From IMG/VR virus record IMGVR_UViG_3300043411_001777, positions 25,968 through 89,967 of that record: DNA of 64,000 nucleotides; one strand, given 5' to 3'. Under the pieces are notes generated by a model. It was not told the DNA's origin. It was given only the letters and a program-made list of their open reading frames with translations, and made no database searches. Position numbers and translations under genes: made by a program. How positions within the stretch are numbered: the stretch's first letter is position 1; each line of letters starts with the position of its first letter. This document shows positions 44,663 to 52,602 of the stretch, piece after piece. The DNA comes from a virus.

Positions 44663-44845
44663 TGATGACGGGAAGTTTGACCTCTACGACGTTTACGGTA
44701 ATAGTCCCGAGACCTACATCCCGAACGTGGATGTTTCGCTCTCGTACAAGAAGCGCCTCCGCCTATTGAATGAGGCTGCTAAACCTTGGATCAAGCAAGT
44801 AATTCGGGAGCAGTTTCCAAACCTCCAATGGGAGTGGGATACATA

Positions 44846-45229
44846 ATGTGGGTGAAATTCTACGCGGATAGCGGCCGATATGCCTATGAAGAGAAATACT
44901 TCTGGGAAGACAACCCCGACCCTGAGGCACTATCCTCCGAATTAGAGGATTGGGCCGATCGGGCGAGCAGGAACTGGGAACGGGTTTCGGCAGGCTATGA
45001 TCTGCTGGAAGCTCTCCCGCCTGAGGTTCATGCGGATTTGCTTGAGGAGTTTACGCGACGTAAGGCATACGCCGAGAAGATGTTAGCGCATCTTGCTGAG
45101 GTTCCTCCACCACCCCGTAAATATGGGGCTAGAATGCCACAGCCTCTACAAGAAACAGTTGGAGACCGCCCAACAGCCCAGGATTTGGCGCAGCTAGTGA
45201 AAGAGATGGTGGACGAGGATGACGAATGA
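44846..45229 (+). CDS. hypothetical acidic protein (127 aa)
   Basis: Start MWVKFYAD, with GGGAGTGGG upstream. Confidence 0.45.
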   Translation: MWVKFYADSGRYAYEEKYFWEDNPDPEALSSELEDWADRASRNWERVSAGYDLLEALPPEVHADLLEEFTRRKAYAEKMLAHLAEVPPPPRKYGARMPQPLQETVGDRPTAQDLAQLVKEMVDEDDE

Positions 45230-45398
45230 TCTCCTCTACGACGAGGTGCCGTTCGATCTACACGCGGCCCTCATCGAAGCATACTTCGACTACATAGCTG
45301 AGCTGTTCCGCAACAGATTCAGGCACCTCCAACCCATTTCGGTTGAGGTTGACTTTGGCGACAAATGGGGTTGGACAAATGACGCAAACAACGGGTAA
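45219..45398 (+). CDS. small ORF (59 aa, MTNDLLYDEVPFDLHAALIEAYFDYIAELF...), below the ORF-track threshold
   Basis: Protein-like translation. Its ATG overlaps the stop of the 44846-45229 gene (ATGacgaATGA). Manual translation. Confidence 0.3.
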   Translation: MTNDLLYDEVPFDLHAALIEAYFDYIAELFRNRFRHLQPISVEVDFGDKWGWTNDANNG

Positions 45399-45693
45399 TG
45401 TCGAAAACCCGGCTCTTCTTATCCAAAGCGCTTTCTTCCTTGCCAAAGCAAAGAAGACGCTCAAACGCTATTCTGAGTTAGATCAGATCGTTGAAGGCCC
45501 CCCGCAAGGGATTCTCAAGGCAGAGGCCGACTTCATAGAGGGCCAACGCGGCCTAAGGCACCTTTGCGGAAAGAACCTGCATTCCAAGCTCAAAGACCTT
45601 CCCGACGAGTTGCTTGAAACGTGGCTTTTGGCTGGGGAGGAACTCAGCAACGCCTGCGCCAAAATTAGAAACGACCGAAAGGGCAGCACATGA
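45379..45693 (+). CDS. hypothetical protein, paralog of 45690-45998 (104 aa)
   Basis: C-terminal ...LLAGEELSNACAKIRNDRKGST compares with ...ALAGEQIHKICTQIRNDRKDNK. Confidence 0.45.
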   Translation: MTQTTGNVENPALLIQSAFFLAKAKKTLKRYSELDQIVEGPPQGILKAEADFIEGQRGLRHLCGKNLHSKLKDLPDELLETWLLAGEELSNACAKIRNDRKGST

Positions 45694-45998
45694 CCAATGA
45701 TATCCCAAACGGGTATTTCCGACAGGATATGACTGCTCCTAGCATTGGGGGCATAGACCCAGTTCTTCTTGCTCATTTCGCGTACTTCTTTGCTAGAGCA
45801 ACAAAACGCCTCGCAACCGCCACTGTTCCCCAAGAACTTCAAGAAGCGGATTCCTCCGCAAGTTTCCACGGGCGAAGACTACGCTCAATCCTCGGAAAGC
45901 TTCCGAATGATGACTTACTTGAAAGATGGGCGCTAGCCGGCGAGCAGATTCACAAGATTTGCACCCAAATCAGAAACGACCGAAAGGACAACAAATGA
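45690..45998 (+). CDS. hypothetical protein, paralog of 45379-45693 (102 aa)
   Basis: Tandem paralog; its stop overlaps the purA-like start (ATGA). Confidence 0.45.
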   Translation: MTNDIPNGYFRQDMTAPSIGGIDPVLLAHFAYFFARATKRLATATVPQELQEADSSASFHGRRLRSILGKLPNDDLLERWALAGEQIHKICTQIRNDRKDNK

Positions 45999-47128
45999 TC
46001 AGTTTCGCGGACATTGTAGTAGACCTCCGTTACGGCGACTGTGGCAAAGGCGCCGTAGTTTACGAGCTTTGCAAGGACCCCCGTTACGACATCGTCCTCC
46101 GGTGGAATGGGGGGTCCAACGCTGGCCACACGATTTACCACAATGGGGTGAAATTCGCCACCCACCTCATTCCCACTGGAATCTTCCACGGTAAGCTTTG
46201 TGTGATCGGGTCCGGTTGTGTGGTTAACCCGCGCAAGTTTTTTGAGGAGCTTGAGTCCCTTCGCAATATGGGCATTGAAACCGAGGGTAAGGTTTTCATT
46301 GCCAAGAACGCCCATATTGTGACCGAAGAGCATATTGCCTCCGAACAAGCCGAATCCAAAATCGGCACCACTAAACAGGGGATTGGCCCTGCCTACGCTG
46401 CAAAGCACGCCCGTACTGGCATTCGAGCAGAGTCCGTCCCCGAGCTGGCACCTTACCTCGTTGACCTCTATGAGCTGTTCTACAGCTCAACACCCTATGG
46501 AGTCCTAGCCGAAGGGGCACAGGGGTTCGACATTGATATTGACTGGTGTGCAGAATACCCTTTTAGCAGCTCATCCATTGCGACCGTTGCAGGAGCTATT
46601 CAGAATGGCATTCCTTGGGACAAGGTTCGCAAGGTGTTCGGGGTGGCTAAGGCTTACGACACTTATGTGGGCTCCCGGGACTTTGAACCCAAGAACGCGA
46701 TTTTCCAAAAGCTGCGCGAGCTGGGCTCTGAATTTGGGGCTACTACAGGCCGTCCTCGCCAGTGCAATTGGTTGGACCTATATGGGTTGACCAAGGCGAT
46801 CGAAGTGAACAGCGTTACAGACGTGGTCATTTCCAAGATGGATATCCTACGGGAGCTGAACAAACAGACTGACAACCAGAACTGGTGCTTTGCGCATAGC
46901 CGCGAATCCCTTCCTGGGGAGGATTCATTCGTGGCTTATCTCAGCGATCACCTTATGAAGCTGCAAAGCGTGAAACGCCTCCATTGGAGGAATTCGCCAA
47001 CAGATTCAATGGGGAATGGGACGATGTTCTGTCGGGGCACAAGCCGAACTGACAAAACGCAATTAGAAATCATGCGTGACATTCTCCGTCAAGAGCAATT
47101 TAGGTACATTTCCAAGGAAGGGCTATGA
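45995..47128 (+). CDS. purA: short adenylosuccinate synthetase-family protein (PurA-like; 377 aa); PurZ candidate not excluded
   Basis: GDCGKGA P-loop (PurA GDEGKGK), NGGSNAGHT, GIGPAYAAK, GATTGRPRQCNWLDL, and SKMD (a TKLD-like guanine motif). It is about 50 aa shorter than bacterial PurA. AAAGGA RBS. Confidence 0.8.
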   Translation: MISFADIVVDLRYGDCGKGAVVYELCKDPRYDIVLRWNGGSNAGHTIYHNGVKFATHLIPTGIFHGKLCVIGSGCVVNPRKFFEELESLRNMGIETEGKVFIAKNAHIVTEEHIASEQAESKIGTTKQGIGPAYAAKHARTGIRAESVPELAPYLVDLYELFYSSTPYGVLAEGAQGFDIDIDWCAEYPFSSSSIATVAGAIQNGIPWDKVRKVFGVAKAYDTYVGSRDFEPKNAIFQKLRELGSEFGATTGRPRQCNWLDLYGLTKAIEVNSVTDVVISKMDILRELNKQTDNQNWCFAHSRESLPGEDSFVAYLSDHLMKLQSVKRLHWRNSPTDSMGNGTMFCRGTSRTDKTQLEIMRDILRQEQFRYISKEGL

Positions 47129-47631
47129 CCTCAGTATTCCTGGATTCTGATGGTGTTTGCGCTGATTTTGACCGCGGATTCCCTGAAATCTTTGGCATTG
47201 ACCACCGGTCAATCCCAGAAGAAGAGATGTGGCGGCTGGTTGCGGAACTCCCAACCTTTTTTGATGAGCTGCCTCTTATGCCAGATGCAGAAGAGCTGTT
47301 CAATGGGTTGCGGGACTACGATCCTATTATCCTAACCGCATGCCCTAAGGCTTGTTTTCAAGCGGCTGCAATCGCTAAGAAACGATGGGTTCGGCGGCAC
47401 TTCGGGCTTCATGTAAGAGTGCTTCCGGTTTGGGGTGGGAAGAATAAACCCCTCTACATGCACCAGCCTGGGGATATCCTTATTGACGATTGGCAGGACA
47501 ATATCACGGCTTGGAACGCTTTTGGCGGAACTGGCATCCTGCACTTGGATGCAGCTTCCTCGCTTGAGGTTGCACGTATGTCCTTAGCCTATGACACGGA
47601 TAGGGCAGCCCGTCGACGGGTTCGGGAGTAA
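47125..47631 (+). CDS. HAD-superfamily 5'(3')-deoxyribonucleotidase-like protein (NT5C family; 168 aa)
   Basis: N-terminal FLDSDGVCADF (the DxDx(V/T) motif I of HAD, as in deoxyribonucleotidases). Confidence 0.65.
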   Translation: MTSVFLDSDGVCADFDRGFPEIFGIDHRSIPEEEMWRLVAELPTFFDELPLMPDAEELFNGLRDYDPIILTACPKACFQAAAIAKKRWVRRHFGLHVRVLPVWGGKNKPLYMHQPGDILIDDWQDNITAWNAFGGTGILHLDAASSLEVARMSLAYDTDRAARRRVRE

Positions 47632-47634
47632 GGT

Positions 47635-48387
47635 ATGGATTCAAAGTTTCGTGTTCTTCCTCCCGAGCACCTACTTTCTACGGGGCTTCTGTTCGAGATC
47701 AACAGAGCCGTCCTGCACAAGTTCGGACTGGCCCTCGCATACACCACGGACGACACTGATGCGTCCAAACCAGCCTATCTGTCTATCCTAAAAGTGGATG
47801 ACCCCGAGGGGCTAATCTTCGGCGAAGACCTACGTTCTTCGGGCTACCGCAAGTACAAGGACTTTCTTAACGAAGAAACCCCTAAGCTTGCGTGTCGTCT
47901 GGGTACCTTTGGTTGGCTAGATCAGCCTGGGAATGTCGTGACTAAGATAGAGCAATTTACAGGGGAGTACCGTTGGTTGTCCAACTTCTTCGATGTCGAA
48001 GTGGTTTTGGATGGCGTGACGTACAGCTCCACTGAGCACGCTTACCAAGCGGCGAAGACTCTTGACCCGATTGAGCGGGAACGTGTCCGATTGGCCCCCA
48101 CGCACGGGGCCTCCAAGCGGGAGGGGCGAAAGATTACCCTCCGCCCCGGCTGGGACAGCATCAAAAACGATGTCATGTTGGACCTTCTTCGGCAGAAGTT
48201 CGCGCGTCCGGACTTGAGGCGGCTTCTCGACGAGACTGGGGAAACTCAGCTTGTTGAGGGCAATCACTGGCATGATGTGTGGTTTGGCGTGTGTAGCGGC
48301 AAGTGTCGTAGTCCTCATGCTAAGCCTGAGGGTGCCAATCATCTAGGCCGAATGCTCATGCAGGTCCGTGACGAGAACAGGAAATGA
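47635..48387 (+). CDS. NADAR (YbiA/DUF1768)-domain protein with an N-terminal extension (250 aa)
   Basis: YRWLSNFFDVEVVLDGVTYSSTEHAYQAAK ... GWDSIKNDVMLDLLRQKFA ... ETGETQLVEGNHWHDVWFG matches the NADAR signature. Confidence 0.7.
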   Translation: MDSKFRVLPPEHLLSTGLLFEINRAVLHKFGLALAYTTDDTDASKPAYLSILKVDDPEGLIFGEDLRSSGYRKYKDFLNEETPKLACRLGTFGWLDQPGNVVTKIEQFTGEYRWLSNFFDVEVVLDGVTYSSTEHAYQAAKTLDPIERERVRLAPTHGASKREGRKITLRPGWDSIKNDVMLDLLRQKFARPDLRRLLDETGETQLVEGNHWHDVWFGVCSGKCRSPHAKPEGANHLGRMLMQVRDENRK

Positions 48388-48677
48388 AACCGATTACACC
48401 CCAAGAGGTTGTCCGCAAGGTTAAACCTATCCCTCCCGAAATCATTGAGGCTTTCAATGATTTGATCAGGGAGAACATTTCCGGTAATTCGGCCAAAGTC
48501 CTGCTGCGACAAGCTATTTCACGGATAGCCCAGAAGACTGGGTTTAACGAACAAAAGATTCTTCGTTGTTGGTGGTTAGACAACGTGGAACCCATCTTTC
48601 GAGAAGCAGGTTGGGATGTGACATATCGGGACTCACACTACTACGAATCGTATTACCTTTTCACGGTGAAGAAGTGA
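48384..48677 (+). CDS. hypothetical protein, paralog of 48674-48982 (97 aa)
   Basis: KPITPQEV...IPPE(I/V)IE(A/V)FNDLI(R/A)EN(I/F)SGNSA...FTVKK. Confidence 0.5.
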   Translation: MKPITPQEVVRKVKPIPPEIIEAFNDLIRENISGNSAKVLLRQAISRIAQKTGFNEQKILRCWWLDNVEPIFREAGWDVTYRDSHYYESYYLFTVKK

Positions 48678-48982
48678 AACCAATTACACCCCAAGAAGTA
48701 GCTGACCGCAAGGTTAAGTCTATCCCACCCGAAGTCATTGAGGTTTTCAATGACTTGATTGCGGAGAACTTTTCCGGCAATTCCGCAACCGTCACGGTGA
48801 CTCAAGCAGTCACCCGCATCAAAAAGAGGATGGGGAGGCGGACTAATGATGAACAAATCGTTGAACGGGGCTGGTTGGACATTGAGCCTATCTTTCGAGA
48901 AACGGGTTGGGATGTGGTATACGACCAGCCTGGGTACAACGAATCCTACGAGGCGAACTACACTTTCACGGTGAAGAAGTGA
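48674..48982 (+). CDS. hypothetical protein, tandem paralog of 48384-48677 (102 aa), GTG start overlapping the previous stop
   Basis: GTGA overlap. The protein ends TFTVKK. Confidence 0.5.
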   Translation: MKPITPQEVADRKVKSIPPEVIEVFNDLIAENFSGNSATVTVTQAVTRIKKRMGRRTNDEQIVERGWLDIEPIFRETGWDVVYDQPGYNESYEANYTFTVKK

Positions 48983-49446
48983 TGGCGTGGACCTCCAACC
49001 TCAAAATCCTCGAAATGAACCTGTTTGACGCCCCAAAAGGGGCTTTGCTGGTTCATGCCTGTAATTGCATGGGCCGATGGGGGAGCGGTATCGCCAAGGT
49101 CTTCGCAGAGAAAAAGTCGAAGGCTTACGTTGAATACCAACACCTCTGTTCAAGGGGCGTAACCCCAGGTATGGCCGACATTCTTTCTGAGAATGTCGGC
49201 GTCCTCTTCACCTCCAAGGGCTACGCCAGCACCGTTGACAGTCCAGCTCAGATCCTGACAGCGACACGATTGGCCGTCAATGACCTTCTGGCCAAGTGTC
49301 GCTCGGAAGGGCTGTCGCTGGTGTACTCCAACAAGTTCAATTCCGGGCTGTTCAAGGTCCCCTGGGTGGACACTGAGAAAGTGCTGGCAGAGGTTCTGTC
49401 GGGTTACCCTGAAATCGAATGGGTGGTTTGTGACTACACCGGCTAA
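48982..49446 (+). CDS. macro-domain protein (ADP-ribose binding/hydrolase; 154 aa)
   Basis: LVHACNCMGRWGSGIAKVF matches the macro N-x(2)-G-x(2)-G-x-G-(I/V)-A motif. Confidence 0.75.
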   Translation: MAWTSNLKILEMNLFDAPKGALLVHACNCMGRWGSGIAKVFAEKKSKAYVEYQHLCSRGVTPGMADILSENVGVLFTSKGYASTVDSPAQILTATRLAVNDLLAKCRSEGLSLVYSNKFNSGLFKVPWVDTEKVLAEVLSGYPEIEWVVCDYTG

Positions 49447-49621
49447 CGATTTAACCGTTTTGCTTGGTAAAAACACGGCTGAGCTGCACCTTTGGTGTGC
49501 TCAGAACGAGATGAGCTTTCGGGTGTGGCGAGGCCTACTCGCGACCACGGTAGTGGCCAACCGAGTCAATGTCGTTTTGGACGACAACGGTCGTGTTACA
49601 CAAGTTCTCGGAATTGGATGA
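49430..49621 (+). CDS. possible small protein (63 aa from GTG)
   Basis: An open frame continues for 64 codons after the macro gene; start unclear. Weak evidence. Confidence 0.2.
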   Translation: MTTPANDLTVLLGKNTAELHLWCAQNEMSFRVWRGLLATTVVANRVNVVLDDNGRVTQVLGIG

Positions 49622-49679
49622 TTTGACCCTAAGTAGAAATTACCTGTGGGTACTACCACTAGGTATCTAACAACGTGAG

Positions 49680-50210
49680 GTGCGGGTGGAATTAGAATTG
49701 CATGAGCCTTGGGTCCCTGATCTGGGGCAACTACAGCTCCCTACTCTAAAAGGAGAGTTGTTCAGTGTACGTGACCTGTCACTGGCTGATTATGGGCTCG
49801 ACGAACTGTTTAATGTAGCGCAAGAGGTTTGCTCCGCCTGTGAGGCGTGGACCCCTGGTAATACGAAAGCCAAAGTAGCCTTTATGAAGGCAGGCCGATC
49901 GCTTTTCCACCGATGGTCAAAGCGTTCCAAACGAAATCAGTTGCCTAGTATGTATGAGGGGTCTCTCACCCATTCTGGGGATGTATTCCTCGAATACGAT
50001 GAATTTGGGTTACACTTAAACCCGTGGGGGCCGGCTTATGCTGACCAGCCTTCTGGTTTCGGTTCGCCCTACAAGGTTTGTGCACGTCGCTATGGGTCTA
50101 ACGTAAACCTTTGGATGACACCGTTTTACCTGACGTTAATTACGTACGACCAGCTACGGGCGCTGGCGTTGCAAACTCCCCAGAATGAGCTTCAAAATGA
50201 AGAAGAGTAA
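49680..50210 (+). CDS. hypothetical protein (176 aa)
   Basis: GTG start next to GAGGTG. Confidence 0.45.
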   Translation: MRVELELHEPWVPDLGQLQLPTLKGELFSVRDLSLADYGLDELFNVAQEVCSACEAWTPGNTKAKVAFMKAGRSLFHRWSKRSKRNQLPSMYEGSLTHSGDVFLEYDEFGLHLNPWGPAYADQPSGFGSPYKVCARRYGSNVNLWMTPFYLTLITYDQLRALALQTPQNELQNEEE

Positions 50211-50523
50211 TATCCACGCTCATCTCACGGAGGCAGGTATCACCCCTCCTTCGGAGATCGAATACCACGCGAAGGTGCGCGAGATCGCGTATTTCCTGGG
50301 GTGTACTGATGCTGAAACGGTGGCTCTGATTCGCGATGATCGCGATCGTCTGCTGGAAATTCATGATCTGGCCTCAACCTGGAATGAAATGTGGCGGTCG
50401 CAGACCTACTGCCCGAGTGATCGGGCTCAACTGCTGGTGATGCTTTCAGCCCCCATCATCAATCACGGTGCGGTGCTGGCGAAGTTCTCAGAGATCACGA
50501 ATAGCGGGCTAACTTCCATCTAG
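50185..50523 (+). CDS. hypothetical protein (112 aa)
   Basis: ORF. Confidence 0.4.
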   Translation: MSFKMKKSNIHAHLTEAGITPPSEIEYHAKVREIAYFLGCTDAETVALIRDDRDRLLEIHDLASTWNEMWRSQTYCPSDRAQLLVMLSAPIINHGAVLAKFSEITNSGLTSI

Positions 50524-50540
50524 ATCGTGGTTCTCTAACC

Positions 50541-50858
50541 ATGATGGGATATCAATCAGCGTTAGAGTGGCTTGGTGGTGCTGGGGCCTTTACCGTGATG
50601 ACGGGTGGTAGGATCATGCGGGCTGGGGATAATCTCCTCATCCTGAAGTTCCCACGTCCGGGAGCGGGAAAGCCTAACTACTGCGAAATCGAATACATGC
50701 CAGGCCCGGATCTCTACAAGATGACCTTCAAATCGGTCCATGGGATCAATGCGAAGACTCTTGTGGAGGAAGACGGGATTTACGGAGATTCGGTCAAGGG
50801 CTTTTTCGAGAGCACTACGGGTCTTTACCTGAGTGTTCCGAAGATCCGTAGGGCGTAA
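50541..50858 (+). CDS. hypothetical protein (105 aa)
   Basis: ORF. Confidence 0.45.
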   Translation: MMGYQSALEWLGGAGAFTVMTGGRIMRAGDNLLILKFPRPGAGKPNYCEIEYMPGPDLYKMTFKSVHGINAKTLVEEDGIYGDSVKGFFESTTGLYLSVPKIRRA

Positions 50859-50870
50859 GGGAGAACTCTC

Positions 50871-51047
50871 GTGTATATCGAGGGCAAGACAATTGAGCGC
50901 GTTGTAAAGCGCTCTGAGCCGGATTTCGAGGTTCTAGAACTGCACTTCACTGATGGAACCTCGGTTGAAGTCGGTTCTCAGTATCGCGGGTCCGAGGGGT
51001 ATTCACTACTGGAAACCTCTGATATCGATGAAACTAAGGGTCTTTGA
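50871..51047 (+). CDS. small ORF (58 aa, VYIEGKTIERVVKRSEPDFEVLELHFTDG...), GTG start
   Basis: GGGAGA lies 7 nt upstream of the GTG. Manual translation. Confidence 0.3.
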   Translation: MYIEGKTIERVVKRSEPDFEVLELHFTDGTSVEVGSQYRGSEGYSLLETSDIDETKGL

Positions 51048-51068
51048 CTGTAAGTTAAGGGGCATAAA

Positions 51069-52046
51069 ATGACGGTCGAATCTAGGACACTGATTCAGTG
51101 GCTCCAGGCGCATGGCTTTACGGAGGTGCCGAAGGCCGGGTCTAGTCACCATAAGTGGCAACACGAAAGCACAAAAGCTAAGGTCACGGCTATTCCAACG
51201 CAACGGGAAATGACCCCAAACACACTCACCCTCTGTTTGCGTGAAATCCAACGTGCGGGTTTCCGAAAGCAGGCAGTCCGAAAGGAATTATTCGCGATGC
51301 AAGCAGGCTCTGCAAAGTTGCAAGTTAGCACTATCGACCTGAAGAAGCCAGTTGAGGCCCCAGTAGCTCAATCGGCTCCGTTGATTCAGGCGGAAACCTC
51401 GGCTCCGTCGGCTCCAGTAACCACGGCTAACGTGGCCTCACCCTCTCCTCTCCAGAGCCGTGTTGATGCTGTGCTCAGGCGTGCAGGCGAAGTCATTGGT
51501 CTACCGGCCTTCGCGAAATTCAAGACCACACCAGAGACGGTTGGGCTTTTGACGGCTCTCCTTGAGATCCTGACTCAGGTGGAGGATCTCTTTTTGGAGA
51601 CCGCGTTGAAGGCTGAGGCTCCCAAAACGGAGCTTGCGCCCCTTCCCACATTTACTATGGTCCCCACCCCCTTTGCACTCCCTACCAAGCTCGTTCCCAT
51701 TGGGATCCTCACGGAGGAACACCTTCGGGATGAGGCGCGGTCCCTTCAGCTCCCTAATGGGATGCCGCTGAATGAACTTCGTGAACAGGTTCGAGAGCTT
51801 CTTCTCACTGAAAAGTGGCTCCCTCTCGGGTCAACTTTTCCGGGGTATGAGCTGTCAAATCACAAGCGAATCCGCTCCTATCGAGAGCGAGGATTTCCAA
51901 CCACGCATCGCCGAAAGCTTGCTAAGATTCGGATGCCCGTCGAAGGACGGATTACCCTTCGTGGTCCGGACAAGAAAACCACCAATATCCTGTTGACCAA
52001 CATGGATGCCCTTTGGGCAGATTTGGAAAAGTCAGCGGCCCGGTAG
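51069..52046 (+). CDS. protein with an N-terminal HicA/YcfA-like domain fused to a low-complexity linker and a basic C-terminal domain (325 aa)
   Basis: LIQWLQAHGFTEVPKAGSSHHKWQH...KVTAIP....TLTLCLREIQRAGF matches the HicA toxin fold signature (GSHH). An Ala/Pro-rich linker follows. Confidence 0.5.
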   Translation: MTVESRTLIQWLQAHGFTEVPKAGSSHHKWQHESTKAKVTAIPTQREMTPNTLTLCLREIQRAGFRKQAVRKELFAMQAGSAKLQVSTIDLKKPVEAPVAQSAPLIQAETSAPSAPVTTANVASPSPLQSRVDAVLRRAGEVIGLPAFAKFKTTPETVGLLTALLEILTQVEDLFLETALKAEAPKTELAPLPTFTMVPTPFALPTKLVPIGILTEEHLRDEARSLQLPNGMPLNELREQVRELLLTEKWLPLGSTFPGYELSNHKRIRSYRERGFPTTHRRKLAKIRMPVEGRITLRGPDKKTTNILLTNMDALWADLEKSAAR

Positions 52047-52058
52047 TATAGTATAGTA
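52044..52058. repeat. (TAGTA)x3 pentanucleotide repeat. It includes the stop codon of the 51069-52046 gene and lies upstream of the GAGAGGA RBS of the next gene.
   Basis: Read directly from the sequence: tagtatagtatagta. Confidence 0.8.
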
Positions 52059-52074
52059 TAGAGAGGACCCCATC

Positions 52075-52602
52075 ATGGCCAAGAAAACTGCTCCCATTTC
52101 AACCGAACCCAAGCTCCTAAAGGAGCCCGCAAAGCCCCACGATCCGAGCACGGATCCGCTTCCCGAACGGACTTATCAAGAAACAACTCTTGGGGATAAC
52201 TTGCTGTACCTTTCTGAGAGTGAGATGGGCCGGCTTTCTGCGGAAACCAAGCAGCTTCTGATCGAGGCACTCAATACCCATGAAATCGGTATTGAGTGCC
52301 TCGGGGAATCTTCCTATTCGTCCCCGTCCATCACCTTCCGGAAAGTGGAAACGAAGGAGGTGCTCAACCCTTGGTATACTGGGGCTCTAAAAGAGCGCGA
52401 GCGGCGGATTGCGAAGTATCAGAAAGCCCTTTCTCTTTACAAAGAGAAACTAGCCGCTTGGGAAGCACAGGCACCCTTGCGGAAGAAGCTCGAAAAGGAA
52501 AAGAAGGAGAAGGCTGAGGCGGCAGCAAAGGCTGAGCGCCAGCGCAAGTACGAAAAGTCCAAGAAGGATTACCTTGCCTTGAAGAAGGAATTCGAGCAAT
52601 GA
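52075..52602 (+). CDS. hypothetical protein with a Lys/Glu-rich coiled-coil C-terminus (175 aa)
   Basis: ORF with a GAGAGGA RBS. Confidence 0.5.
   Translation: MAKKTAPISTEPKLLKEPAKPHDPSTDPLPERTYQETTLGDNLLYLSESEMGRLSAETKQLLIEALNTHEIGIECLGESSYSSPSITFRKVETKEVLNPWYTGALKERERRIAKYQKALSLYKEKLAAWEAQAPLRKKLEKEKKEKAEAAAKAERQRKYEKSKKDYLALKKEFEQ

Noticed and set aside
45950-46875. Minus-strand ORFs (45950-46408, 46135-46371, 46663-46875) and the plus ORF 46533-46790 inside the purA-like gene
   Set aside because: The PurA-family motifs identify the true frame.
45995-47128. Asserting that the PurA homolog is PurZ (Z-genome)
   Set aside because: The short length and phage context fit PurZ. However, a TKLD-like SKMD guanine-recognition element is retained and no MazZ, DatZ or DpoZ signature is visible in this window. 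It is kept as a hypothesis in the findings rather than as a call.
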